A DNA stretch of 64,000 bases from an uncultured Acidobacteriota bacterium (GCA_963700145.1 OY969474.1:352001-416000); one strand, 5' to 3'; positions 27,460 to 37,413 are shown, counted from the first letter of the stretch. The notes: generated by a model not told the origin, from the sequence alone. Numbers and translations are program-made.

Positions 27460-28835
27460 AGACGTCCGCCGCCCGCCCCCGCGTGGGGATGATCAGCCTC
27501 GGCTGCCCCAAGAACCTCGTCGACGGCGAGGTGATGCTGGGGGAGCTCGCGCGGCGCGGCTGGGAGGTGGTCGGCGACCTCGACCGCGCCGAGACGGTGA
27601 TCGTCAACACCTGCGGCTTCATCGAGGAGGCGCAGCAGGAGTCGATCGACGCCATCCTCGAGGTGGCGGGGCGGAAGGGCGAGGACGGGGTCAAGCGCCT
27701 GCTGGTCGCCGGCTGCATGGTCAACCGTTTCGGCCCCGAGCTGGCGCGCGAGGTGCCGGAGATCGACGGCTTCGTCGGCCTCGACCAGCTGCGCGAGGTG
27801 GCGCAGCTGGTGCAGCTCGGCGGCGGGCCGCCGTTGCCGGCGCCGGCGCACCTGGTCTTCGACCACACCGCGCCGCGCCTCTTGACCACCCGCGGCTACG
27901 CCTATCTCAAGGTCGCCGAGGGCTGCGACAACCCCTGTACTTTCTGCGCCATCCCGCTCTGGCGCGGCCGCTTCCGCAGCCGCACGGTCGCGGACCTGGC
28001 GGCGGAGGCGCGGGCGCTCGAAGCCCAGGGGGTGCGGGAGCTCTGCCTGATCGCCCAGGACACGACGCGCTACGGCGAGGACCTCGGGCTCGGCCGGCAC
28101 GGCCTCGTGCGCCTGGTCGAGGCGGTGCTCGCCTCGACCGACATCCCCTGGGTGCGCTTCCTCTACGCCTACCCGACGACGCTCGACGAGGACCTCCTCC
28201 GCCTGATGGGGACGGAGCCGCGCTGCCTCTCCTACCTCGACATCCCGCTCCAGCACGCCAGCGGCGAGGTGCTGCGGGCGATGCGCCGCGGCGGCGACGC
28301 CCGCCGTTACCTGCGGCTGCTCGAGCGGGCGCGGACGCTGGCGCCCGACGTCAGCCTGCGCACCACCTTCATCGTCGGCTTCCCGGGGGAGACCGAGGCG
28401 CACTTCCAGGAGCTCCTCGGCTTCGTGCGCGAGGCCCGCTTCGACCACCTCGGCGGCTTCGTCTACAGCCCCGAGGAGGGCACCCCCGGCGCCGCGCTGC
28501 CGGGGCGGGTGCCGCGCCATGTCGCCCGCCGCCGCCACCGCCAGCTCCTCGAGGTGCAGCGGCCGATCGCGCTCGCCAGCCGCCGGCGGTTGGTCGGGCG
28601 GCGGCTGGAGGTGCTGGTCGAGGGGGTCTGCGAGGAGAGCGAGCACCTCCTCCAGGGCCGCCACGCCGGCCAAGCGCCGGAGATCGACGGCCGGGTGCTG
28701 ATCGTGGACGGGACCGCGCCGGCCGGCAGCCTCGCCGAGGTGGAGATCACCGAGGCGCACGCCGACGACCTGGTCGGGCGTATCGTGGCGCCGGCCGGCG
28801 TGGCGGGCGTGGAGCGCGCCACCGCCGCCGTCTGA
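27456..28835 (+). CDS. rimO: Ribosomal protein S12 methylthiotransferase
   Basis: SLGCPKNLVD, NTCGFI, CDNPCTFC (radical SAM) and APEIDG (TRAM) motifs. Confidence 0.95.
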   Translation: MKTSAARPRVGMISLGCPKNLVDGEVMLGELARRGWEVVGDLDRAETVIVNTCGFIEEAQQESIDAILEVAGRKGEDGVKRLLVAGCMVNRFGPELAREVPEIDGFVGLDQLREVAQLVQLGGGPPLPAPAHLVFDHTAPRLLTTRGYAYLKVAEGCDNPCTFCAIPLWRGRFRSRTVADLAAEARALEAQGVRELCLIAQDTTRYGEDLGLGRHGLVRLVEAVLASTDIPWVRFLYAYPTTLDEDLLRLMGTEPRCLSYLDIPLQHASGEVLRAMRRGGDARRYLRLLERARTLAPDVSLRTTFIVGFPGETEAHFQELLGFVREARFDHLGGFVYSPEEGTPGAALPGRVPRHVARRRHRQLLEVQRPIALASRRRLVGRRLEVLVEGVCEESEHLLQGRHAGQAPEIDGRVLIVDGTAPAGSLAEVEITEAHADDLVGRIVAPAGVAGVERATAAV

Positions 28836-28839
28836 CCGC

Positions 28840-29808
28840 ATGCTCGTCGTCCACGACGCCTTCCAGGCCAGCGACCTGCCGCGCGGCGGCATCGTCACCA
28901 TCGGCAACTTCGACGGCGTCCACCGCGGCCAGCGCGCCATCCTCGACCTCGTCGTGGCGCGCGCCAAGGACGCCGGCGCGCCGCCGGTCGTCGTCACCTT
29001 CGAGCCCCATCCGCTGGCGGTGCTCGCCCCCGAGCGGGTGCCGCCGCGGCTCTCGACCCTGGAGCAGAAGGAGCGGCTCCTCGACGAGGCCGGGATCGAG
29101 ATGGTGCTCGTCGTCCGCTTCACCCGCGAGTTCTCGCGCCTGCCGGCGCGGCTCTTCGTGCGCGACTTCCTGGTCGAGAAGCTGGCGGTCGAGGAGATCT
29201 ACGTCGGCTCGGGCTTCGTCTTCGGCCACCGGCGCGAGGGGGACCTGCCGCTGCTGCGCCAGCTCGGCGAGGGCTTCGGCTTCGCCGCCTTCGGCGTGCC
29301 GGAGGTGCACTACAAGGGCGAGCGGATCTCCTCGACGCGCATCCGCCGCGCCGTCTCGGAGGGGAGCGTCGGCGAGGCCTGGGAGATGCTGGGGCGCCCG
29401 TACTCGCTCACCGGCCTGATCGCCCGCGGCGACCGCATGGGGCAAAAGCTGGGCTGGCCGACGATCAACCTGGCGCCGGACAACGAGCTGGTGCCGGCCG
29501 ACGGCGTCTACGTCTCGCGCGTCCACTTCCCGAGCTTCCCCGCCACCTTCGACTGCGTGACCAACATCGGCACCCGGCCGACGGTCTACGAGAACTACCA
29601 GCGGGTCGTCGAGAGCCACATCCTGGACTTCTCGACCGACGTCTACGGCGAGCGGGTGGAGCTGGCCTTCCACAAGCGGCTGCGCGAGGAGCGGATCTTC
29701 CCGTCGGTCATGGACCTCTCGGCGCAGATCCGGCGCGACGTCGAGGCCACCCGCGAGCACTTCGCCAGCCGCCGGCTGGAGCAGGACGTGCAAGCGCTGC
29801 GGGAGTAA
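28840..29808 (+). CDS. ribF: Bifunctional riboflavin kinase/FAD synthetase
   Basis: GNFDGVHRGQ, ISSTRIR, GWPTIN and NIGTRPT motifs. Confidence 0.95.
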   Translation: MLVVHDAFQASDLPRGGIVTIGNFDGVHRGQRAILDLVVARAKDAGAPPVVVTFEPHPLAVLAPERVPPRLSTLEQKERLLDEAGIEMVLVVRFTREFSRLPARLFVRDFLVEKLAVEEIYVGSGFVFGHRREGDLPLLRQLGEGFGFAAFGVPEVHYKGERISSTRIRRAVSEGSVGEAWEMLGRPYSLTGLIARGDRMGQKLGWPTINLAPDNELVPADGVYVSRVHFPSFPATFDCVTNIGTRPTVYENYQRVVESHILDFSTDVYGERVELAFHKRLREERIFPSVMDLSAQIRRDVEATREHFASRRLEQDVQALRE

Positions 29809-29867
29809 GCGGGAAGGGTTCGTTGTTTGATGGATGGGCACACATGCAAGGGGGAGAAAGACAGACG

Positions 29868-30197
29868 ATGGCCAGCGACAAAGTCGTGACGATCACCGAC
29901 CAGAACTTCGAGAGCGACGTGCTCAAGTCCGAGCAGCCGGTCCTGGTGGACTTCTGGGCCGCCTGGTGCGGTCCCTGCCGGATGGTGGCGCCGGTGCTCG
30001 ACGAGCTGGCGGAGGAGATGGACGGCAAGGTGCGGATCGCCAAGGTGGACGTGGACCAGAACCAGAAGCTCGGCTACCAGTACCAGGTCTCCAGCATCCC
30101 CACCTTCATCCTGTTCAAGGGCGGGCAGATGGTGGACCGCATGATGGGCGCCATGCCCAAGTCGGCCTTCCAGAGCTTCATCGACCGGAACCTGTAA
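29868..30197 (+). CDS. trxA: Thioredoxin
   Basis: DFWAAWCGPC and SIPT motifs. Confidence 0.95.
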   Translation: MASDKVVTITDQNFESDVLKSEQPVLVDFWAAWCGPCRMVAPVLDELAEEMDGKVRIAKVDVDQNQKLGYQYQVSSIPTFILFKGGQMVDRMMGAMPKSAFQSFIDRNL

Positions 30198-30203
30198 GCG
30201 CGC

Positions 30204-31433
30204 ATGGACGGCGGGGTGGGGGAGCTGCGGGACGGGCTCGCCCGCCTCGGCTGCGCCGCCCTGCTGGTCGTCGCCCGCTCGGCGCGCGACCCCGACCTCA
30301 CACCCTTCGTCGGCCCGGTCCATCTCGGGCAGAGCTTCCTGATCGCAACGCCGGACGGGCCTCCCCGTCTCGGCTTCTTCACGCCCATGGAGCGGGACGA
30401 GGCGGCGGCCACCGGCTTGCCGCTCCTCGAGCCGGGGGCGCTGGAGGTCCACCGCTTCCTCGACGCGGGGCTGCCGGCGGCGGCGTTCCTCGCCGAGGTA
30501 TTGGCGCGCGGGCTGACGCTCGCGGGGCTCGCGCCCGCGCGGCTGGCGCTGGCCGGCCACGGGCCGGCGGGGGTGCTCCAGGAGGCGTGCGCACGGCTGG
30601 CGGCGTGCGGCTGGTCGTTCAGCGATGGCAACGAGCTGGTCCGATGGCTGCGGAAGAGGAAACAAGACTGGGAGCTGGGTGAGGTGCGGCGGGTGGCGGC
30701 CGGGACGGTCGCGGCGTTCCAGGCCGTGGCGGCGCGGCTCGCGGCGGCCGAGGAGCGGAACGGCGAGCTGTGGCTCGGCGGGGAGCGGCTCACGGCAGGG
30801 CGGCTGCGCGGGGAGGCGGCGCGGGTGCTGGCCGGCTGGCCGGGGGGTGCGCTCGAGCAGCCGGAGGGGAACATCCTCGCGGCGGGGTGGGACGCCGGGG
30901 TGCCGCACTCGACGGGCGACGACGAGCGGGTACTGCGGCCGGGGGAGTCGGTGGTGGTCGACCTCTTCCCGCGCGGTCGCCTCTTCGCCGACTGCACGCG
31001 CACCTTCTGCGCCGGCGAGCCGCCGGCGGCGCTGCGCGCGGCGCACGCGGCGGTGCGCGCGACGCTCGAACGGGCGAAGGCCGCGGCGCGGCCGGGCGTC
31101 CGCGGCTGGGACCTCCAGGAGGCCGCCTGCCGGATCTTCGAGGCGGCGGGATGGCCGACGCCGCTCTCTTCACCCGAAACGACAGTGGGCTACGTCCACG
31201 GCCTCGGCCACGGCGTCGGCTACGAGCTGCACGAGCAGCCGAGCTTCCGCAAGGCCGCGGGCCCTGAAGGCGTGCTGGCGGAAGGGGACGTCTTCACGCT
31301 GGAGCCCGGGCTCTACGACCCGTCGGGCGGCTGGGGCGTGCGGCTCGAGGACCTCGTCGTGCTCGGCCCCGGCGGCGCGCTGGAGGTGCTAACGCCGCTG
31401 CCGTACGAGCTCGACCCGCGCGCCTGGAGCTAA
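30204..31433 (+). CDS. M24 family (Xaa-Pro) aminopeptidase
   Basis: DLFP, DCTRT, HGLGHGVG..HE, TLEPGLY and RLED motifs. Confidence 0.88.
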   Translation: MDGGVGELRDGLARLGCAALLVVARSARDPDLTPFVGPVHLGQSFLIATPDGPPRLGFFTPMERDEAAATGLPLLEPGALEVHRFLDAGLPAAAFLAEVLARGLTLAGLAPARLALAGHGPAGVLQEACARLAACGWSFSDGNELVRWLRKRKQDWELGEVRRVAAGTVAAFQAVAARLAAAEERNGELWLGGERLTAGRLRGEAARVLAGWPGGALEQPEGNILAAGWDAGVPHSTGDDERVLRPGESVVVDLFPRGRLFADCTRTFCAGEPPAALRAAHAAVRATLERAKAAARPGVRGWDLQEAACRIFEAAGWPTPLSSPETTVGYVHGLGHGVGYELHEQPSFRKAAGPEGVLAEGDVFTLEPGLYDPSGGWGVRLEDLVVLGPGGALEVLTPLPYELDPRAWS

Positions 31434-31455
31434 GCGCCGCGGATATGCTCTCGCG

Positions 31456-32193
31456 GTGCCTGCGCCCACCCTGCGGCTGAACGTCTGGTCGGGACCGCGC
31501 AACGTCTCGACCGCGCTCATGTACTCCTTCGCCCAGCGGCCGGACACGCGGGTCGTGGACGAGCCGCTCTACGGCCACTACCTGCGCGTCTCCGGCGCCG
31601 CGCACCCGCACGCCGCGGAAGTCATGCGGCAGATGGACTGCGACGGCGAGCGAGTGGTGCGCGAGACGATCCTCGGCGACGGCTATGACCGGCCGGTCGT
31701 CTTCTTCAAGCAGATGGCCCACCACCTGGTGGCGCTCGACCGCGGCTTCCTCGCCGACACCGCCAACGTCCTCCTGACGCGCCACCCGCGCGACGTCCTG
31801 CCGACCCTCGCCGTCCAGCTCGCGCAGCCCACCCTGCGCGACACCGGCTACGCGGCGCAGGTGGAGCTGCTGGCGGAGCTGCGGGCGCTGGGGCAGCCGG
31901 GCCTGGTGCTCGATGCCGCCGAGCTGCTGCGCGATCCCGAGAGCGTGCTGCGGCAGCTCTGCGCGGGGCTCGGGCTCGACTGGGAGCCGGCGATGCTCGA
32001 ATGGGAGGCGGGGCCCAAGCCGTACGACGGCTGCTGGGCGGCGGATTGGTACGAGAACGTCCACCGCTCGACCGGCTTCGCGCCCTACCGGCCGAAGGAG
32101 GAACCGTTCCCCGAGCGCCTCGCGCCGCTGCTGGCCGAATGCCTGCCGCTCTACGAGCGGCTCTACGCCGCGGCAATCAAAGCGGAGGCCTGA
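31456..32193 (+). CDS. Sulfotransferase-like P-loop protein of the type paired with BCAT-like aminotransferases
   Basis: WSGPRNVSTALMYSFAQR, DEPLY and WYENVHRSTGF motifs. Confidence 0.8.
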   Translation: MPAPTLRLNVWSGPRNVSTALMYSFAQRPDTRVVDEPLYGHYLRVSGAAHPHAAEVMRQMDCDGERVVRETILGDGYDRPVVFFKQMAHHLVALDRGFLADTANVLLTRHPRDVLPTLAVQLAQPTLRDTGYAAQVELLAELRALGQPGLVLDAAELLRDPESVLRQLCAGLGLDWEPAMLEWEAGPKPYDGCWAADWYENVHRSTGFAPYRPKEEPFPERLAPLLAECLPLYERLYAAAIKAEA

Positions 32194-32194
32194 G

Positions 32195-33085
32195 CTGGAC
32201 CCGCGCAACGCCGACCTCCTGGTCCACGTAGGCGGCGAGCTGCTGCCGCGCGCCGAGGCCAAGGTCTCGGTCTTCGACAGCTCGGTGCAAGGCGGCGATG
32301 CGGTGTGGGAGGGGCTGCGGGTCTACGGTGGGCGGGTCTTCATGCTCGACGCCCACCTCGACCGCCTCTTCGCCTCGGCGCAGTCGCTAGCCTTCGCCGG
32401 GGTGCCGGCGCGCGCCGAGGTCAAGGACGCGCTCTTCGCGACCTTGCACGCCAACGGCATGCGCGACGGCGTTCACGTGCGCCTGACGCTGACGCGCGGC
32501 GAGAAGGTCACCAGCGGCATGGACCCGCGGCTCAACCGCGCCGGCTGCCGGCTGATCGTGCTCGCCGAGTGGAAGCCGCCGGTCTACCCGGCCGGCGGCA
32601 TCCGGCTGGTCACCGCCGCCACCCGCCGCAACAGCCCGCAGTGCCTGGACTCGAAGATCCACCACAACAACCTGCTCAACAACATTCTGGCGAAGCTGGA
32701 GGCCAACGCCGCCGGCGCCGACGACGCGCTGATGCTGGACGTGGACGGCTTCGTGGCGGAGACCAACGCGACGAACGTCTTCCTGGTGCACGGCGTCGGC
32801 CTGGTGACGCCGACCGCGGACCACTGCCTCCCCGGCATCACCCGCGCCGTCGTGCTGCACCTGGCGCGCGAGAACGGCATCCCGGCCGTCGAGCGCCGCG
32901 TCACCCTCGCCGAGGTCTACGCCGCCGACGAGCTGTTCACCACCGGCACGATGGGCGAGCTGACGCCGGTCCTGGAGGTGGACGGCCGCGCGATCGGCTC
33001 CGGCGCGCCCGGCGCGCTGACCGACCGCCTTCGCCGCCTCTTCGCGGAACTAACGGCGCACGAAGGGGAAGAGCTGCCGAATTAG
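32195..33085 (+). CDS. Aminotransferase class IV (branched-chain/D-amino acid type); start uncertain (CTG or frameshift fusion)
   Basis: GDAVWEGLR, KIHHNNLL, ETNATN, LPGITR and TGTMGE motifs; no ATG/GTG/TTG at the expected N-terminus. Confidence 0.85.
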   Translation: MDPRNADLLVHVGGELLPRAEAKVSVFDSSVQGGDAVWEGLRVYGGRVFMLDAHLDRLFASAQSLAFAGVPARAEVKDALFATLHANGMRDGVHVRLTLTRGEKVTSGMDPRLNRAGCRLIVLAEWKPPVYPAGGIRLVTAATRRNSPQCLDSKIHHNNLLNNILAKLEANAAGADDALMLDVDGFVAETNATNVFLVHGVGLVTPTADHCLPGITRAVVLHLARENGIPAVERRVTLAEVYAADELFTTGTMGELTPVLEVDGRAIGSGAPGALTDRLRRLFAELTAHEGEELPN

Positions 33086-33092
33086 TCCCCCG

Positions 33093-33122
33093 CCCAGATC
33101 CTTCGCTGCGCTCAGGATGACA
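33093..33122. repeat. Half copy of the palindromic repeat at 5623-5712
   Basis: CCCAGATCCTTCGCTGCGCTCAGGATGACA, one mismatch to 5683-5712. Confidence 0.75.
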
Positions 33123-33159
33123 GCGGGGGTCATGGCAAGATCCCCCCGGAGGAGCACGG

Positions 33160-35595
33160 ATGCCGACGACGCCGGAGACGTACGAGAAGCTAGGGGCGTT
33201 CTACCTCGGGCGGGAGTTCGACCTGGAGCGCGGGGAGGGGGCGGCGGAGCCGCTGCTCTACGACTCGCGCGACCTGGTCACCCACGGGCTGATCGTGGGG
33301 ATGACCGGGAGCGGCAAGACGGGGCTCACCGCCGCGCTGCTCGAAGAGGCCGCCCTCGACGGCGTGCCGGCGCTGGTCATCGACCCCAAAGGCGACCTCG
33401 GCAACCTCCTCCTCACCTTCCCCGAGCTGCGCCCCGCGGACTTCGCGCCCTGGATCGATCCCGAAGAGGCGCGCCGCGCCGGGCGCACGGTCGAGGAGCA
33501 GGCGGCCAAGGTGGCCGAGACCTGGCGCGCCGGGCTCGCCGAGTGGGGGCAGAGCGGCGAGCGCATCGCCCGGCTGCGCGCGGCGGCCGACTTCGCGATC
33601 TACACCCCGGGCAGCACCGCCGGCCTGCCGGTCTCGATCCTCGCCTCGTTCGCCGCGCCGCCGCCGGAGGTGCTCGCCGACGGCGACCTCCTGCGCGAGC
33701 GGGTCGGGACGCTCGTCTCGAGCCTCCTCACCCTCCTCGGCCGCGACGCCGACCCGGTGCAGAGCCGCGACCACGTCCTGCTCTCGACGATCTTCGACGC
33801 CGTCTGGCGCGGCGGCCGCGGGCTCGACCTGCCCGGCCTCATCGGGGCGGTGCAGCGCCCGCCGGTCGAGCGGGTCGGCGTCCTCGACCTGGAGTCCTTC
33901 TACCCCGAGCGCGAGCGCTTCACCCTGGCGATGGCGCTCAACAACCTCCTCGCCGCACCCGGCTTCCGCGCCTGGCTCGAAGGCGACCCGCTGGACGTCG
34001 GCGCACTGCTCTACACGCCGGCGGCCAAGCCGCGCGTCGCCATCTTCTCGCTCGCCCACCTCTCCGACGCCGAGCGGGTCTTCTTCGTCGCCCTGCTCCT
34101 GAACCAGACCCTCGGCTGGATGCGCACCCGCCCCGGCACCGGCAGCCTGCGGGCACTGCTGGTCATCGACGAGCTCTTCGGCTTCGCGCCGCCGGTGGCC
34201 GAGCCGCCCTCGAAGCGCCCGTTGCTGACCCTGCTCAAGCAGGCGCGCGCCTTCGGGCTGGGGGTCGTGGTGGCGACGCAGAACCCGGTGGACCTCGACT
34301 ACAAGGGGCTCGGCAACATCGGCACCTGGTGGATCGGCCGCCTGCAGACCGAGCGCGACCGCGACCGCCTGCTCGACGGCCTGCAGGGCGCCGCGGCCGG
34401 CGCCGGCCTCGACCGCGGCGAGGTGACCGCTCTGCTCGGCCGCTTGGCGCCGCGCGTCTTCCTGCTGCGCAACGTGCATGAGGAGAAGCCCGTCGTGCTG
34501 CAGAGCCGCTGGGCGATGTCCTACCTGCGCGGGCCGCTCACCCGGCCGGAGATCCAGCGGCTGATGGGGGAGCGCGTGCCGGCCGCCGCACCGGCGGCGC
34601 CGTCCCCCGGAGCGCCGGCCGCCGCCGTCGCGCCGCCGCCCGCGGCGCCGGCGCCGGCCGGGCCTGCGACCGCCGGGGCGCCCGTCCTGCCGCCCGAGAT
34701 CGAGCAGGTCTTCTTGCCGCCTGCAGGTCCTGCGGCTCCCACCGACTACCGCCCCGCCCTCCTCGGCCAAGCCCGCGTCCATTACCTGGACGTCAAGCGC
34801 GGCCTCGAGCACAGCGAAGAGCTCGCGCTCATCGCGCCGCTGGGGGAGGGGAGCGCGGTCGACTGGCACGACGCCCAGCCCCTCCCGGCGGGCGCGCCGG
34901 CGCTCGCCGCCGCGCCCGCGCCCGGCGCCCGCTTCGCGCCGCTGCCGGCCGCCGCCGCCCGCGCCCGCAGCTACGCCGCCTGGCGCAACGCCCTCGCCGA
35001 CTGCCTCTACCGCAGCCGCCGCGTCGAGGTCTGGAAGAGTCCGAGCACGGGCGAGCTCTCCCGCCCGGGGGAGAGCGAGCGCGACTTCCGGGTGCGGCTG
35101 GTCGAGCGGTCGCGCGAGCGGCGGGACGCGGCGGTCGAGGAGCTGCGGACCAAGCACGCGGCGCGCGCCGCGCGTCTGGAGGAACGGAAGCGGCGCGCCG
35201 CCCAGGCGATCGAGCGCGAGAAAGACCAGGCGCGGCGCGAGAAGCTGAGCGCCGGCTTCTCGCTCGGCTCGGCGGTCGTCGGCGTCCTCCTCGGCCGGCG
35301 GCGGCTCTCCGCCACGACGCTCTCGCGCGCCGGCACGGCGGCGCGCGGCGTCGGGCGCTCCTACGAGCAGGGGCAGGACGTCGAGCGGGCGGAGGAGAAC
35401 CTGGAGGCGGTCGAACGCGAGAAGAAGGAGCTGGAGGCCGACCTGGCCGCCGAGGTGGCGTCGCTGGAGGAGCGCTTCGACCCCGCCGCCGAGGCGCTGG
35501 AGCCGGTGCCGCTCAAGCCGCGCAAGGCAGACGTCGAGGTGCACCGGCTGGTCCTCGCCTGGGTGCCCGTCGAAGGCGCCGCCAAGCCCTCGTAG
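33160..35595 (+). CDS. HerA/FtsK-superfamily ATPase (DUF87/DUF853-like) with a C-terminal coiled coil
   Basis: Walker A GMTGSGKT, IDPKGD, Walker B LVIDE, KQARAFG and ATQNP. Confidence 0.85.
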   Translation: MPTTPETYEKLGAFYLGREFDLERGEGAAEPLLYDSRDLVTHGLIVGMTGSGKTGLTAALLEEAALDGVPALVIDPKGDLGNLLLTFPELRPADFAPWIDPEEARRAGRTVEEQAAKVAETWRAGLAEWGQSGERIARLRAAADFAIYTPGSTAGLPVSILASFAAPPPEVLADGDLLRERVGTLVSSLLTLLGRDADPVQSRDHVLLSTIFDAVWRGGRGLDLPGLIGAVQRPPVERVGVLDLESFYPERERFTLAMALNNLLAAPGFRAWLEGDPLDVGALLYTPAAKPRVAIFSLAHLSDAERVFFVALLLNQTLGWMRTRPGTGSLRALLVIDELFGFAPPVAEPPSKRPLLTLLKQARAFGLGVVVATQNPVDLDYKGLGNIGTWWIGRLQTERDRDRLLDGLQGAAAGAGLDRGEVTALLGRLAPRVFLLRNVHEEKPVVLQSRWAMSYLRGPLTRPEIQRLMGERVPAAAPAAPSPGAPAAAVAPPPAAPAPAGPATAGAPVLPPEIEQVFLPPAGPAAPTDYRPALLGQARVHYLDVKRGLEHSEELALIAPLGEGSAVDWHDAQPLPAGAPALAAAPAPGARFAPLPAAAARARSYAAWRNALADCLYRSRRVEVWKSPSTGELSRPGESERDFRVRLVERSRERRDAAVEELRTKHAARAARLEERKRRAAQAIEREKDQARREKLSAGFSLGSAVVGVLLGRRRLSATTLSRAGTAARGVGRSYEQGQDVERAEENLEAVEREKKELEADLAAEVASLEERFDPAAEALEPVPLKPRKADVEVHRLVLAWVPVEGAAKPS

Positions 35596-35676
35596 CGCGA
35601 CGGAACAACCGGCTCCCCTCCTGCGTTACCATGATGGCCGCGCGGCGCCCTCTGCCGCGCCGGAGGCGCGACGACG

Positions 35677-36240
35677 ATGGACACCCTGCTCAGTCTCTTG
35701 ATCGGGTTCGGTCTCGCCGCCGCGTGCGGGTTCCGCGTCTTCGTGCCGCTGCTGGTGGCGAGCCTGGCGGCGCGCGGCGGACACCTCCAGATCGGGCCGG
35801 GCTTCGAGTGGCTCTCCTCCGACCTCGCGCTGGTCGCCTTCGGCGTCGCCACCCTCTTCGAGATCGCCGGCTACTACATCCCCTGGGTGGACAACCTGCT
35901 CGACGCCGTCGCCACGCCGACGGCCATCGTCGCCGGCGTGCTGGTCTCGGCCTCCACCCTGGTCCTCGACCTCAACCCCTTCCTCCACTGGACGCTGGCG
36001 GTGCTGGCCGGCGGCGGCACCGCCGCCACCTTCCAGGGCGTCACCGCCACCATCCGGCAGATCTCCACCTTCACCACCGGCGGCCTGGGCAACCCGGTGG
36101 TCGCCACGGCGGAGGCGGGCGGCTCGCTGCTCCTCGCCGTCCTCGCCGTCACGCTGCCGATCCTGGCGGCGATCCTGGTCGTCGCGTTGCTCTGGCTGGG
36201 CGTCCGCAAGCTGGTCTTCCGCCGCCCGGCCCGCGCGTAG
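35677..36240 (+). CDS. DUF4126-like membrane protein
   Basis: 'GLAAACGFRVFVPLL', 'YIPWVDNLLD' and 'TTGGLGNPVV' motifs. Confidence 0.8.
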   Translation: MDTLLSLLIGFGLAAACGFRVFVPLLVASLAARGGHLQIGPGFEWLSSDLALVAFGVATLFEIAGYYIPWVDNLLDAVATPTAIVAGVLVSASTLVLDLNPFLHWTLAVLAGGGTAATFQGVTATIRQISTFTTGGLGNPVVATAEAGGSLLLAVLAVTLPILAAILVVALLWLGVRKLVFRRPARA

Positions 36241-36248
36241 AGGCGCCG

Positions 36249-37394
36249 ATGCACCCGCGGCGCCGTCGCCTGGCCGCCCTCTTCGGCCTGCCGCTCGCCC
36301 TCGCGGCCTGCGCCGGCGTCAACGCGGCGCTCGACGAGACGGCGCTCGAGAAGGAGATCCGCACCCGCGGCCTCGATCCGACGCAGATCGTCCTGCCGCA
36401 CGCGCTGACCGACGAGATGCGGAGCTGGGCGCACACCCGCGTCGGCACCACGGGGATGCCGGAGGAGCGGCTGGAGCGCCTGCTCTCCGCGCTCCAGGAC
36501 ACCGGCGGGCTGGAGATCACCTACGAAGCGGGCTACACCAGCACCGCGCCCGAGGCCTTCGCCTCCCGCCGCGCCAACTGCCTCGCCTTCACCGCGCTCT
36601 TCGTCGGCCTGGCGCGCGAGCTCGGGCTGCCGGCCTTCTACGTCGACGTCGACGACGTCGAGAAGTACGCCAAGGAGGGGGACCTGGTGGTGATCTCCGG
36701 CCACATCACCGCCGGATTCGACACCGGGCCGGACATCAAGATCCTGGAGTTCTCGGCCGCCCCCCAGGACATCAACTACCGCCACGTCCGCGCCGTCTCG
36801 GACCTCACCGCCATCGCCCTCTTCTACACCAACCGCGGCGGCGAGCTGCTGCGCGCCGGCAAGCACCAGGAGGCGCGGCAGTGGCTGGAGACGGCGGTGG
36901 GGCTCGACCCCGAGCTGGCCCGCGCCTGGATCAATCTCGGCGTGGCGATGCGGCGCGACGGCGACCTCGACGGCGCCGAGGGGGCCTATCGCCGCGCTCT
37001 CGAGGTGGACCCGGCCGCCCACTCCGCCTACGCGAACCTCGCCACCGTCCTCCGCCTGCGCGGCCGCGAGCAGGAGGCCGGGGAGCTGATGGCCCTCGGC
37101 AGCCGGCTCGGCACCCGCAACCCGTACAGCTACCTGAGCCTCGGCGACCTGTCGCTGCGCCACGGCCGGCTGCCGGAGGCGCGGCGCTACTACCGCAAGG
37201 CGCTCCGTCTCGCCCACCGCGACGCCGAGACCTACGCTGCGATGGGGCTGTGGGCGCTCGCCGCCGGCGACACGCACGACGCGGCGCGCTGGCTGCGCAA
37301 GGCGCAGGCGATCGACCAGGAGGACCCGCGCGCCAAGCGCCTCGAAGCGAGCCTGGCCGGACGGCGCGGCCGGACGGCCGGCGGCGCTTCCTGA
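36249..37394 (+). CDS. Lipoprotein with a transglutaminase-like domain and TPR repeats
   Basis: Lipobox LAAC; 'RANCLAFTALFVGLARELGL' and 'GHI'; C-terminal TPRs. Confidence 0.7.
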   Translation: MHPRRRRLAALFGLPLALAACAGVNAALDETALEKEIRTRGLDPTQIVLPHALTDEMRSWAHTRVGTTGMPEERLERLLSALQDTGGLEITYEAGYTSTAPEAFASRRANCLAFTALFVGLARELGLPAFYVDVDDVEKYAKEGDLVVISGHITAGFDTGPDIKILEFSAAPQDINYRHVRAVSDLTAIALFYTNRGGELLRAGKHQEARQWLETAVGLDPELARAWINLGVAMRRDGDLDGAEGAYRRALEVDPAAHSAYANLATVLRLRGREQEAGELMALGSRLGTRNPYSYLSLGDLSLRHGRLPEARRYYRKALRLAHRDAETYAAMGLWALAAGDTHDAARWLRKAQAIDQEDPRAKRLEASLAGRRGRTAGGAS

Positions 37395-37413
37395 AGCCCT
37401 TCGCGGCGGCCGG

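Noticed and set aside
32181-32197. prfB-like programmed +1 frameshift
   Set aside because: Slippage from GCC to CCT would not allow tRNA re-pairing and the SD-like sequence is too close; a CTG start or an indel is more plausible
33160-35595. HerA-based anti-phage system or conjugative coupling protein
   Set aside because: No SIR2, nuclease, relaxase or T4SS genes nearby
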